Below, in pieces: positions 1 through 10,980 of a stretch of DNA of 64,000 nucleotides. The stretch is taken from the NCBI GenBank assembly GCA_963803435.1, contig CAWDML010000014.1, positions 160,001-224,000 on the forward strand, given 5' to 3'. The notes under the pieces are model-generated. The model ran no database searches. It was not told the origin of the DNA and saw only the letters and a list, made by a program, of their open reading frames with translations. The translations under genes were made by a program, and so were the position numbers. Numbering within the stretch: position 1 is the first letter of the stretch; every line of letters starts with the position of its first letter. The DNA comes from an uncultured delta proteobacterium. GTDB lineage: Bacteria > Myxococcota > Kuafuiibacteriia > Kuafuiibacteriales > Kuafuiibacteriaceae.

Positions 1-594
<594 letters not shown>

Positions 595-655
595 GCAGGT
601 TCGAACGACGGGTCTTGCCCTCCGACGGACGCCGGTACAGAAGCGAGACAGAAAC

Positions 656-973
656 ATGATCTCGACGAAGAAACGACTGCCCAAGCTCGCCGACTTCATC
701 CGGGAGGCTCGGGCGTACCACCCCGGCGCCCGCTCGCCCTTCTTCGCTCGGCTGGCCGCGCTCCGCGCCGAGATCGTCTACGGGCTTCCGGCGGACGAGG
801 CCTACCGGCGTATCACCGGAGACAACAAGAAGCCGGTGCCCGACGCGAAGAAAGACGAGAAGGCCATCGTCGACACCATGGTCGAGCTCGGGACGTATGA
901 GGACGGAGCCCAACCGCCACCCTGGATGCGGGGCCGCGATCCGATCGACCGCGCCTTCGAGGAGGTCGAGTGA
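656..973 (+). CDS. Small hypothetical protein (105 aa)
   Basis: ATG-started ORF with normal composition and GC3-rich codons; no motif recognised. Confidence 0.65.
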   Translation: MISTKKRLPKLADFIREARAYHPGARSPFFARLAALRAEIVYGLPADEAYRRITGDNKKPVPDAKKDEKAIVDTMVELGTYEDGAQPPPWMRGRDPIDRAFEEVE

Positions 974-1066
974 CGACGCCCTCAGGTGGGACGTCGAGGG
1001 GCAATCTGCTCCCTATTCGACCCCAACGCGACGCGTTGCAAGCTGGCTTGCAGCTGACGAAACGCG

Positions 1067-1082
1067 TGGCATATGGCATGCT
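1067..1082 (+). promoter_or_regulatory. Putative sigma-54 (-24/-12) promoter
   Basis: TGGCATATGGCATGCT has GG and GC at the invariant spacing of TGGCAC-N5-TTGCW and lies 11 nt upstream of the GTG at 1094. Confidence 0.55.
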
Positions 1083-1093
1083 GATCACCTCCT

Positions 1094-2271
1094 GTGCCGA
1101 TCCCGGCGAAGCGGCTGCTCTCGATCTTCCTCACCTTTGCCGCGGCCGCCTCGGCGTCCGCACCCGCGGGTGAGCTCAAGCATGGCGGCGATCCGACGCG
1201 CCTGATCCCGGCGCCGGAGATCCAGAAGAGTGTGGTGCTGAGAAGCAGGAGGGCGGCGTCTTCGCGCGCCGTCATCGCGGCGACTGGGAGCCGAGCAACG
1301 CCGCGCTCTTCACGTACTCCGGATACTGGGAGGACTCGATCTCGGTGATGGTCGAGGCCGCGCAGGACGAGGTCGACGTCCTCGTGCTCACGCCCACCGA
1401 CGAGCTCGCCGACGCGCGCAGCTGGATCCGACAGGAGCGCTTCGATCGCCGGCGCGTGAAGCTCATCCCGGTCAAGCTCGACACGCCCTGGGTGCGCGAC
1501 TACGGACCGTTCCAGGTGGTCGACGTCCAGGGTCGCGTCAGCTGGGTCGACGCCATCTACTCCGGCGCCCGGCCGAAGGACGATCGCATCCCGCGGATCC
1601 TGGGACAGCGCCTGGGCGTGCCGGTGGAGCGGGTCAACGTCACCCTCGACGGCGGGGGCCTGATCAGCAACGGCAGCGGCCTCTGCGTCATGACGCGGGA
1701 GAGCCTCGACGACAGCGGCGTCTCGGTGGAGGACAACGCCAGGGTACCAGAACATGCTCCGCAAGCTCGGTTGCGCGGCGATGGCGATCGTCCCCGCGCT
1801 CGCAAACGAGGCGACCGGGCACGTGCGACATGTTCGCCCAGTTCCTCTCGCCGCGGCGGCTCCTGATCGCCGAGGTCGATCAGGTACGCTGGGAGGAGGA
1901 CCACGGGCGCCTCGAGGAGGCGCTCCGCGGGATCCGCGAGGGCGCCCGCGCGCTCGGCCAGGAGCTCGAGGTCGTCGCGCATCCCGCTGCCGATGCCCTC
2001 GTACGATCACTACCGCAGCTACGTGAACGGCCTCAGGCTGGGCAGCTCGTTCCTGGTCCCGAGCTACGGCGACGTCGACCCGGAGGAGGAGACCGAGGCC
2101 TACGAGATCCTGGAGGGCGCGATGCCGGGCGTGCACCTGGCCCCCATCCCGGCCGACCGCATGATCGAGCTCGAGGGCGCGATCCACTGCCTGTCGCAGT
2201 CGCTGATGCTGCCGCGGCGCCAGCCGCTGGCCCGGCGCAAGGCGCCCCCGAACGGCCTCAAGCCGGGATAG
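1094..2271 (+). CDS. Agmatine/peptidylarginine deiminase family protein with signal peptide (split by several frameshifts)
   Basis: Motifs across frames: WVRDYGP, LDGGGLISNG, ATGHV/(D)MFAQF, SYVN, GAIHCL (catalytic Cys). N-terminus KRLLSIFLTFAAAASA looks like a signal peptide. Fragments 1094-1348, 1345-~1750, 1754-~1825, 1830-~1985, 1993-2271. Confidence 0.8.
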
Positions 2272-2276
2272 CGCGC

Positions 2277-4485
2277 TCAGCGGGGCACGGCGCCGAGCTC
2301 GAACGTCTGGTTCTCCGGCAGCGTGTCGAGCACGACCCGCCGGCGATCGATCCTGAACCCGCTGCACGCCCCGCAGGTGAACGACGCGAGCTCGTCGCCA
2401 AACTCGAGTGTCAGCCCGGTGACCGGACGGCTCCCGGTGGTGAGCGTGCCCCGATAGCCGCCGGCCGTGTCGAAGGTGGCGTCGAACGCGACCTCGGCGC
2501 GCGCGCGCCAGAAGTCGACGAAGGCGTCGGTACCCATGTCGATCTTCACGCCGGCGGCGCCGGCCTCCGAGAGCAGCCGATCGGCGGCGGCCACCTTGGT
2601 CGCCAGGTTCTCCGGCCCCACCCCGATGCCGTAGGAGGGATGGATCAGCGCCGTGGTGATGGCGTGATTGGCGGCGTTCCGGCGCAGCACGTAGGTCCAG
2701 TTGGACATGAACCGCTCGAAGTACGACGGCTGGAGCTCGATGCGTCGCTCGACGCCGTGGTCGTCGAAGTAGCCGATGCCGTCCTCGATCGGAGATCGGA
2801 AGCTCGTACAGCGGGCGGTGGTGGAAGACGTCCTGCGCGAAGCCGACCCGCTCCAGCGAGAACGGGACGCCAATCTTGAAGTCACCGATGGCGAAGCTCG
2901 AGTCCGAGATGAAGCCGTTCTCGAAGAGCACATCGTACTGCGAGGCGTGGATGTACAGGTAGGGCGAGCGCCAGATGCGCGGTGCGCGCCCCGAGGCGCG
3001 CTCCAGCAGCTGCTTCGAGACGCGGACCTCGCCGCAGAGCGTGCTCTGCCTCGACTCGTCATTGAGATAATTGACGACCGTCTCCATGCAAGTGCCCAGC
3101 GGTTGCGTCTGGAAGTCGGCGCCGTGGCGGACCGAGTGCGCGCCGATGGGGCACATGCCACGGGCGCACAGATCGGCGACGACGTCCGGGTCGTAGTAGG
3201 CACTGATGTAGTCAGTGGTCACGTAGTCGGTGCCGATCGCGCCGTGCTGGACCTCGACGTCCGCGACCTGGAGCGCCCCCGGCTCCCCCAGCTGCCGCGC
3301 TGCTGGGCGTCGGGCGCGTCGACGTCGTGGGTCAGCATCATCATCGAGTCCTCTTTGCCGGGGACCGTGTGGAGGAGCATGACGTGGCCGAGCGAGGCCT
3401 CCCGCAGCGCGCCCTCGAGGAACAGGGCCAGCAGATCCCGCCCAGGCTCGAAGCAGTTGATGTAGCAGCGGTAGTGGTCGAACGAGAAGAGATCGTGACC
3501 CAGCGCGTATACGGCGCCTCGCCCGAGCGCGCGCCGGGTGATCGCGGGACCGGCTCGGCGCCGGCGAGCGCGCCGTGCGCGATCACCTCGGCGCCGGCGC
3601 CGGGCGCGAGCGTGTACTCGAAGACCTCGACCGGGCTCTTCACCGGATTCCTCGGTCACCAGCAGCTGGCGCTCCTCGGGGCTGTCGAACGCGGACACCG
3701 GGGCGCAGGCGAGACCATCGAAGAGCACCTCGTCGAGATCGAGGCGCTGCCGGGCGGCTGTCAGACCCGCCAGGTCGAGCGCGTTCGAGCTGGTGGCGTC
3801 GCCGATCGGCCGCGTCATGACCAGCACGCCGCCCCGCTCCACGAACCGCTGGAGCGCCGCCCGCTCGGCGCCACCCATCACGCCGCCCTCGAGATAGGCC
3901 GGCACGAACGCCACCGCATACTCGTCGAGGTGTGCGATCGTGTCCTGCCAGTCCGTGCCCTCGAATCGGTACGTCGAACGGGATCCCGAAGCCGCGCAGG
4001 AGCTCGGCCTGGCTATCGATCAGGTCGGCGGCCTCCGCCCACAGGTACTGCGGCACCAGGAACGTCAGCCGCGGGTGAACGGCCGCCGGGAGCACTTCAT
4101 CGACCTCGCCGTCGCAGTCGTTGTCGACGCCGTCCATGACCTCGGGCAGCGGCGCCGCGCCCATGCACACGCGCGCGCCGCCGAAGCAGCCCGCGAAGCC
4201 CTCCGCGCAGGCGCCGAGCCCGCCGGTCGAGCAGGCGTTGGCGGCGACCGGCAGCAGCAGATCGACGATGCCGTCGCAGTCGTTGTCGAGGCCGTCGCAG
4301 CGGGTTTCGACGGGCTCGTAGCGCGGATCGCCGGGCGGGATCGGGCAGGTCGGTCCGGCGTCGACGGGGACCGCCGCGTCCTCGGCAACGCCGGCGTCGG
4401 TGGGGCTGACGACCGCGGGGGGCGGATCCGCCTCGCAGGCGGTGGAGACGAGCGCAGCGAGCGCGACCCAGACGATGCGGGTCAA
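2277..4485 (-). CDS. Lipoprotein with Cys/Asp repeats (CDGxDNDCDG) and a polysaccharide deacetylase-like domain (frameshifted)
   Basis: Lipobox VSTAC, two GxDNDCDG repeats, a glutaminase-like LQRFVERGGVLV segment, and NodB-like motifs LTHDVD, IGAHSVRH, WRSPYL and LIHP spread over several minus frames. Confidence 0.65.
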
Positions 4486-4498
4486 TACAGCGCTGATG

Positions 4499-5872
4499 CT
4501 AACCCATGTTCCGGATGATGTGGTCGCCGAACTCGGAGCACTTCACTTGCGTGGCGCCGTCCATCAGGCGGTGGAAGTCGTATGTGACGGTCTTGGCGCC
4601 GATCGCGCCGTCGATGCCCTTGATGACAGGTCGGCGGCCTCGGTCCAGCCCATGTAGCGGAGCATCATCTCGCCGGAGAGGATGACCGAGCCGGGGTTGA
4701 CCTGGTCCTGGTTGGCGTACTTGGGCGCGGTGCCGTGCGTGGCCTCGAAGATCGCGTGGCCGGTGTCGTAGTTGATGTTGCCGCCCGGCGCGATGCCGAT
4801 GCCGCCGACCTGCGCCGCCAGCGCGTCGGAGAGGTAGTCGCCGTTGAGGTTGAGCGTGGCGATGACGTCGAACTCGCGCGGCGCGCGTCAGGACCTGCTG
4901 GAGCATGATGTCGGCGATGGTGTCCTTGACCACGACTTCTCCTTGCCGCGCCGTGCGTCGGCCGCAGCTCGAGCTCGGCGACGACTTCGGCCTCGGGCCT
5001 CTCTCGGGCGTCGATCGTCGTCCGTCTCTCACTTGACGTCGGCCCGCACCGGCTTCAGCCGTACCGAGATCCGACTCGCGTCGTCACTACGCGACATCCT
5101 GGCGACCTGGTAGCCCCAGTCGCTGAAGGCGCCCTCGGTGAACTTCATGATGTTGCCCTTGTGCACGAGCGTGACCGACGTTCCGGCTAGGATCGTGTGC
5201 ACGAGGCGCGTAGCTCGGATCTGCCGCGCCGCCGACCAGCCGCTCGGAGCCCGTTCACTGGGACACCGGCTTGAGTGCCGATCCGCTCGAGGCCTTCGGG
5301 CGAATCGGATCTTCCTGTACTCGCTTGGGGAAGTTCTCGCGCGAGGAGTCTGCAGCTTCTCGGCGTCCTCGCGTCCCCTCCTCGAACTCGATGCCCGGCG
5401 TAGATGTCTTCGGTGTTCTCGCGGAAGATGACAATGTCGACATGCGCCGGGATCCTTCACCGGCGAAGGCACGCCCTGGAACCAGCGCACCGGGCGGAGG
5501 CAGACGTAGAGGTCGAGCATCTGGCGGAGCGCGACGTTGAGCGAGCGGATGCCGCCGCCGATGGGCGTGGTGAGCGGGCCCTTGATGCCGACGAGGTAAT
5601 GGCGGAAGGCCTCGAGCGTCGCGTCCGGGCAGCCAGTTGCCGGTCTGCGTTGAAGGCCTTCTCGCCGGCGAGCACCTCGTTCCACGTCGATCTTCCGCTT
5701 GCCGCCGTAGGCCTGCTCGACCGCCGCATCGAAGACGCGCACGCGACGCCCGCCAGATGTCGGGGCCGGTCCCGTCGCCCTCGATGAACGGGATGATCGG
5801 CTGATCGGGGACCTTCAGCCGACCGTCCTCGATCCGAATGGTGTCGCCCTCGGGCGCCTTCCGTTCTGCCAT
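4499..5872 (-). CDS. icd: NADP-dependent isocitrate dehydrogenase (heavily frameshifted/garbled read)
   Basis: [64 protein letters not shown] and [11 protein letters not shown]...CSEFG, in different frames. Confidence 0.93.
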
Positions 5873-6030
5873 GATCCGTCGGCGGTAGTACGAGACTCGA
5901 CCTCTGTAAAGCGCGGACATCCGTCCGCAACCCGACCTGCCGTCCGCACGCGGCCCGCGGACATCGATCCGCACTCGCGCGCTGGACCCAGCCGCCCGGC
6001 CTGGCCCGCGCCTTGCGCAGGGACGAGCCG

Positions 6031-7230
6031 ATGCGCAGAGCTCTCCCCCTCGGTGCGCTCGGGTTCACCCTCTTCGCCTGTCAGGGCGAGGGACCCGGCG
6101 TCCTGCCTGACGATCCGAGCACCGTCGTCCGACCCGAGCGCGTCGACGCGCTGACCGCGGCGCTGACCCGGCTCGCGCTGCCCGACGCGCTCGCCGGCGA
6201 CGCGACGCTCGCAATCGCGGTGCTCGACGGGACCGGCGCGCTGGTCGGAGGCGCCGCCGGCCTCTATGAGGTCGGCGGCGACGCGCTGGTGCCGATCGAC
6301 GATCGCGCCGTCACCGCGCTGGCCGCCCTCGACGGCACCGGTATCGTCGTCGGCCATCCCGACGGCGTCTCGCTCTGGAACGGCACGCTCGTCGAGTCGC
6401 CGCTCCGCGAGGCCATCGACGGCATGGCGGTGGCGTCCCTCCTGGAACGCTCGGGCACGCTCTTCATCGGGACCCGGGACTCGCTCTTCCTGCTCGAGGA
6501 CGGAGAGCTCCTCCAGTTCGACGAGGTGGCCGGCGCAAGCAGGCTCGCAGGCTACGCCGCCGGTCCCACGCTCGTGATCGACGACCGCCTGGCGCTCCGG
6601 GCGGACGCGACCCCCGGCTGGTCGCTCCAGGATCTCACCGACGAATCTCGCCCGAGCACACGATCCCCGCCGCCGGCGACCGCCTGCTGGCCAGCCGCGA
6701 CGGCGCCCTGTTCGAGCGGCTCGCCGTGGACGCCGGCGTCGTGTGGCGGCCGGTCGCGCTCACCGCAGACGCCGGCGACGTGGGCGCCCGCGGCGTGATC
6801 GCGCTGGCGACCGATCCGATCTCGGGCAACGCGTGGATCGTCACCTCCGATCGAATCGCGCGTGCCGGCGGCAACACCGTCGCAGCCATGGACTATCCGG
6901 CGGAGCTCGGGCCGCCGATCGCGGTCCGCGCCACCCGGGACGGCGCGCTGTGGATCTCGGACGGGCACTCGCTGGCTCGGCTCGGCGACGACGAAGGTCC
7001 CGTCACCTACGCCAAGGACATCGCGGCGTTCTCCGCCAACAACTGCGAGCGGTGCCACCGGCCGCTCGGCGTCGGGCATCCGCTCGACTCGTTCGAGGCC
7101 TGGAGGACCGACATCGATCGGATCCTCACCGACCTCGACGAGATGCGCATGCCTCAGGACGGCGCGCCCCTGATGGGCGGCACCGTCGAGCTCGATCCGA
7201 TCCTGGAGATCGGACGGGCTCCTGCCGTGA
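6031..7230 (+). CDS. Lipoprotein with beta-rich body and C-terminal monoheme cytochrome c (frameshifted near 6650 and 7190)
   Basis: Lipobox LFAC; CERCH heme motif followed by RMP (possible Met ligand). A one-base shift restores [11 protein letters not shown] ending at TGA 7228-7230. Confidence 0.65.
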
Positions 7231-7241
7231 GGAGAGGAAAG

Positions 7242-8837
7242 ATGAAGCTCACCGGTTTCTTCGTGCTGGTCGTCGGTCTCGCGCTGCCCGGGTCGGTCTT
7301 CGCCCAGGTCTGCCAGGAGAGCGACGTGCAGGCCAACTTGCAATATCTACGGCGCCTCAGCCTCGATCTGCGTGGACGGCTGCCTTCGCTCGACGAGCTG
7401 AACGCCGTGGTGGCGTCCGGCAACGTCGAGCCGGCCGCGATCGATCAGATGCTCGCGTCCGAGGACCTGGTCCAGCAGATGCGCGACTACCACCGCGATC
7501 TCCTGTGGACGAACGTGACCGACCGCCAGCTGGTCCGGAACATCTGGCTGCTGCGGGGACCCGGTGCACGCGGCGGAACCGGCCCCTACTACATGGCTGC
7601 GAACGCGCGGACCAACCTGTACCGCGGCGCGCAGGTGCCCTGCCTCGACGAGCCCGCCAGCTTCGATCCCGACACCGGCGCGATCCTCACCACGCCCGAC
7701 GCGACCGATCCGACCATCCAGCGCGAGGGCTGGGTCGAGGTCGCACCGTACTGGGCGCCCGACACCACGGTTCACGTCTGCGCCTTCGACGCGCAGACCG
7801 CCGCGACGGCGCCCGACGGACAGGGTCGCCCCGTCGACTGCTCGCTCCAGATCAACGCGAAGGGCTGCGGCTGCGGGCCAAACCTCAGGTGGTGCCAGTC
7901 GCTCGGCGACAACACCTCGCGGACCATCCTGACCTCGATGAACGAGCAGCTCCTCCGCTTCACCGACGCCGTGGTGCGCGAGGACCGGCCCTACTCGGAC
8001 GTAATCCTGGCGAAGGACATGGAGATCGACGGACCGATCGCGTTCTGGCTCCAGAATCAATCGCAGACCGCCGGCAACCTGCTGTACGCCGGGCCGGACC
8101 AGAACTATCCGGTGCCGGACCTGGCGTTCGACGATCCGAGCTGGCACGGGGTCGAGCGCGGTACCCGCCACGCCGGCGTGCTCTCGATGCCGGGCTATCT
8201 GGTGAAGTTCCAGTCCAACCGCGGGCGCGCGAACCGGTTCTACAACGCGTTCCTCTGCCAGTACTTTCAGTCGCAGAACCCGTTGCCGCCCGCGACCGAT
8301 CCCTGCCACCTGGAGCCGGATCTCACGCAGCGCTGCGGGTGCAAGGACTGCCACACCACGCTCGAGCCCGCTGCAGGTCACTGGGGCCGATGGGCCGAGG
8401 CCGGCCTCCTCCCGCTCGAGCCGGCGGGCTACCCGAAGTACGATCCGACCTGCGCCGGCGTGAACGGGCGGAACGGTCCGGCGATCTGCCAGTTCTACTT
8501 CACGCCGCGGGACGTGACGAATCCGGAGCTCGAGCAGCCGTTCGTCGGGATGCTCAAGCCCTACGTGTTCGCGAGCCCCGAGACCGAGGCCAACATCGAC
8601 GCGGGCCCAGAGAAGATCGCGCACGAGGCCATCGACTCCGGCGCCTTCGCGTCCTGCACGGTTCGAAAGATGTGGACGCGGTTCATGGCGCGCGATCCCT
8701 CGCTGGAGGAGGAGTCGCTGATCACGGCGCTCGCCGGGGACTTCGCGACCGACTACAGCCTGAAGCGTCTCATCCGCTCGATCGTGACGCGCCCCGAATA
8801 CGTGTCCGCCGGCCTCTACCAGCAGAGCGCCGAGTGA
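7242..8837 (+). CDS. DUF1549/DUF1588/DUF1585-like secreted Cys-rich heme c protein
   Basis: RBS GAGGA, signal peptide, YLRRLSLDLRGRLPS, HAGVLSMPGYL, NRGRANRF, CKDCH, C-terminal LKRLIRSIVTRPEY. Confidence 0.8.
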   Translation: MKLTGFFVLVVGLALPGSVFAQVCQESDVQANLQYLRRLSLDLRGRLPSLDELNAVVASGNVEPAAIDQMLASEDLVQQMRDYHRDLLWTNVTDRQLVRNIWLLRGPGARGGTGPYYMAANARTNLYRGAQVPCLDEPASFDPDTGAILTTPDATDPTIQREGWVEVAPYWAPDTTVHVCAFDAQTAATAPDGQGRPVDCSLQINAKGCGCGPNLRWCQSLGDNTSRTILTSMNEQLLRFTDAVVREDRPYSDVILAKDMEIDGPIAFWLQNQSQTAGNLLYAGPDQNYPVPDLAFDDPSWHGVERGTRHAGVLSMPGYLVKFQSNRGRANRFYNAFLCQYFQSQNPLPPATDPCHLEPDLTQRCGCKDCHTTLEPAAGHWGRWAEAGLLPLEPAGYPKYDPTCAGVNGRNGPAICQFYFTPRDVTNPELEQPFVGMLKPYVFASPETEANIDAGPEKIAHEAIDSGAFASCTVRKMWTRFMARDPSLEEESLITALAGDFATDYSLKRLIRSIVTRPEYVSAGLYQQSAE

Positions 8838-8847
8838 GGAGGATGTG

Positions 8848-9492
8848 ATGAAGACGCGACTCTGGATCCTCACCTGTCTCCTGTACGCCTGCAACGCGGC
8901 GCCCGTCGGCGTGACGCCTCCGCTCGGCGAGCCCGTCTACGAGGACACCTGGACCCACGCCAACCCCGGCTCGAAGGGTCCGGCGGTCCTGAGCCCGAGC
9001 GACGCCAACGGCAAGGTCGCCCGAAGGATCTCGGTCGAGCAGCTCCGGCGCTCGATCCCGCAGCTCTTCGACGGCATCACCTGGACGATCCGCGTGGGCC
9101 GCAACGACCTCGACGCGTTCGACGCGCTCTCGCGGACGCTGGGCGAGCCCGACTACATCACGGTCACCAGCGAGAACCGCGACGCCTCGCCGCTGTTCGC
9201 GAAGTACATGGACGACATGGCCGGCGACGTCTGCGGCAAGGCGATCGCGCGCGATCGAGCGGGCGCACCGGGCGACCGGCCGCTCGTGATGGTGAAGGAC
9301 GACGTCGACGCAAACCTGCGCTACCTGCGCCTGGCGCTCCACGGGATCTGGGTACCCGCCGACTCGACGGAAGGGCTCGCGGATCTGCACCAGCTCTACG
9401 ACGACGTCTTCACCGAGACCGGCGACAGCGGCAGCGCCTGGTACGGCGTTTGTGTCGCGATGCTCACCGCCCCCGAGCTCATGGCTTACTGA
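8848..9492 (+). CDS. Lipoprotein partner of the DUF1588/DUF1501 cluster
   Basis: RBS GAGGAGG, lipobox LYAC, RRISVEQLRRSI and C-terminal AWYGVCVAMLTAPE. Confidence 0.75.
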   Translation: MKTRLWILTCLLYACNAAPVGVTPPLGEPVYEDTWTHANPGSKGPAVLSPSDANGKVARRISVEQLRRSIPQLFDGITWTIRVGRNDLDAFDALSRTLGEPDYITVTSENRDASPLFAKYMDDMAGDVCGKAIARDRAGAPGDRPLVMVKDDVDANLRYLRLALHGIWVPADSTEGLADLHQLYDDVFTETGDSGSAWYGVCVAMLTAPELMAY

Positions 9493-9504
9493 GGAGAATC
9501 GAAG

Positions 9505-10840
9505 ATGAAACGGCGGACCTTCCTGAAGTCACTCGGCGTCGGCGCCGGCGCGTTCATGCTCCACTCGGCCTTGCGTCCGGCGAGCGCCCGCGCAGCGGTC
9601 GATCGCAGCTTCGTGTTCTGCTACTTCCGCGGGGGATGGGACACACTCCTGTCCTTGGATCCGCGCGATCCGAACGTCTTCACGGACGACCGCAGGAACG
9701 AGACCTTGATCGAGCTCGCCTGGGATCAGATCCCGGCCAACTATCCGCGCACGATCCAGCAGCCCGCAGGCTCCAACATCGGGTTCGGGCCGGTCATGGG
9801 CGGCATCATGGAGCACTACGACAAGATGTGCGTGGTGCGCGGAATGAGCATGGACACCGTGGCGCACGACGTGGGGCGCAAGTTCTTCATCACCGGCCTG
9901 GCGCCGCGCGGCACCTCCGCTGCCGGCTCGGCCGCGCCCACGCGCATCGTCGGCCAGCAGGGCGACCACTCGGCGTTCCCCAACCTGGTGGTTGGCGGCG
10001 TCGACACCTACAACGAGGGCGATCCTTCGTTCGCCAGCGGACTCACCGTCAGCACCGTGGGCGATTCTGATCACCACGCTCACCGACGGACCCTCGGCTC
10101 CGCCCCCCATCGTCCGCAGCGAGCTCGACCGGTACCGCGGTCGCGCCGTCGACTGCGATCCGACCCAGCTCGACAAGCGCGGTCTGTTCGGGCTGATCCG
10201 ATCGAGCCAAGCCAAGGCGCGCGAGCTGGTCTCGAGCGGGCTGTCCTCGAAGTTCCAGTTCCTGGGCCAGGACGCAGAGATGGTCGACATCGCAGCGCGC
10301 TACGGCGTCACCAACCTGGCGTCGGTGCAAGCGCAGGCCGCGATGGCGTTCCAGGCGCTCCGCTACGAGATGGCTCAGTGTGTGACGATCGAGATGGCCG
10401 GGGCGCTCGACACTCACGACAACAGCTGGACCACCACGCAGCCCGACGATCAGTCCGACGGCTGGACCGCGCTCGGCCGGCTGGTGACGGACCTCGACGC
10501 CACCCCCGATCCGAGCCGCGGCGGGTCGCTGCTCGAGCACACCACGATCCTCGCGTTCTCCGAGTTCGGGCGGACGGCCCTCCTCAACGCGCGCGGCGGG
10601 CGAGATCACAGCCTGACCTCGAGCTGTCTGCTCCTGGGCGCCGGGGTCCCGCACAACCGGGTGATCGGCAAATCGAGCGACACGGGCATGTCCCCGTCCG
10701 CAGTGAACCCGGAGACCGGGGCACTCGACGACAGCGGTGTGCTGATCAGCCCCACGCACGTGATCGCCTCGATGATGGCGAGCGCCGGCCTCGACACCAA
10801 GAAGCTGCGCATCGATGGCCTCCCCTGCTTGATGGTGTAG
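9505..10840 (+). CDS. DUF1501 family Tat-exported protein (one extra T at ~10066)
   Basis: Tat motif MKRRTFLK, FCYFRGGWD, LDTH, TTILAFSEFGRT, GRDH. ORF 9505 continues in the frame of 9992-10840. Confidence 0.85.
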
Positions 10841-10980
10841 CCGCCGCGGCCTCTGGGGGTGGGCTCCCACCCTTGCGCGGCATGCGGGGATCGCGCGGTC
10901 TTGTCGTGGCCCCCATCTCTGGATTCGGCCTATCATGGTCACCAGAGCGACGAATGATCAGTCAGAGCTCAGGGCTCCCG

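Noticed and set aside
4499-5872. icd as a true pseudogene or programmed frameshift
   Set aside because: Many scattered indels and garbled stretches in a core gene, alongside equally broken neighbours, fit sequencing error.
6726-8837. 703-aa two-heme fusion ORF
   Set aside because: A one-base shift near 7190 gives a stop at 7230, and a separate RBS, ATG and signal peptide occur at 7242.
10840-10885. GC hairpin GGGTGG-GCTC-CCACCC after the DUF1501 gene as terminator or ncRNA
   Set aside because: Short stem, no U-tract, and expected by chance at this GC content.
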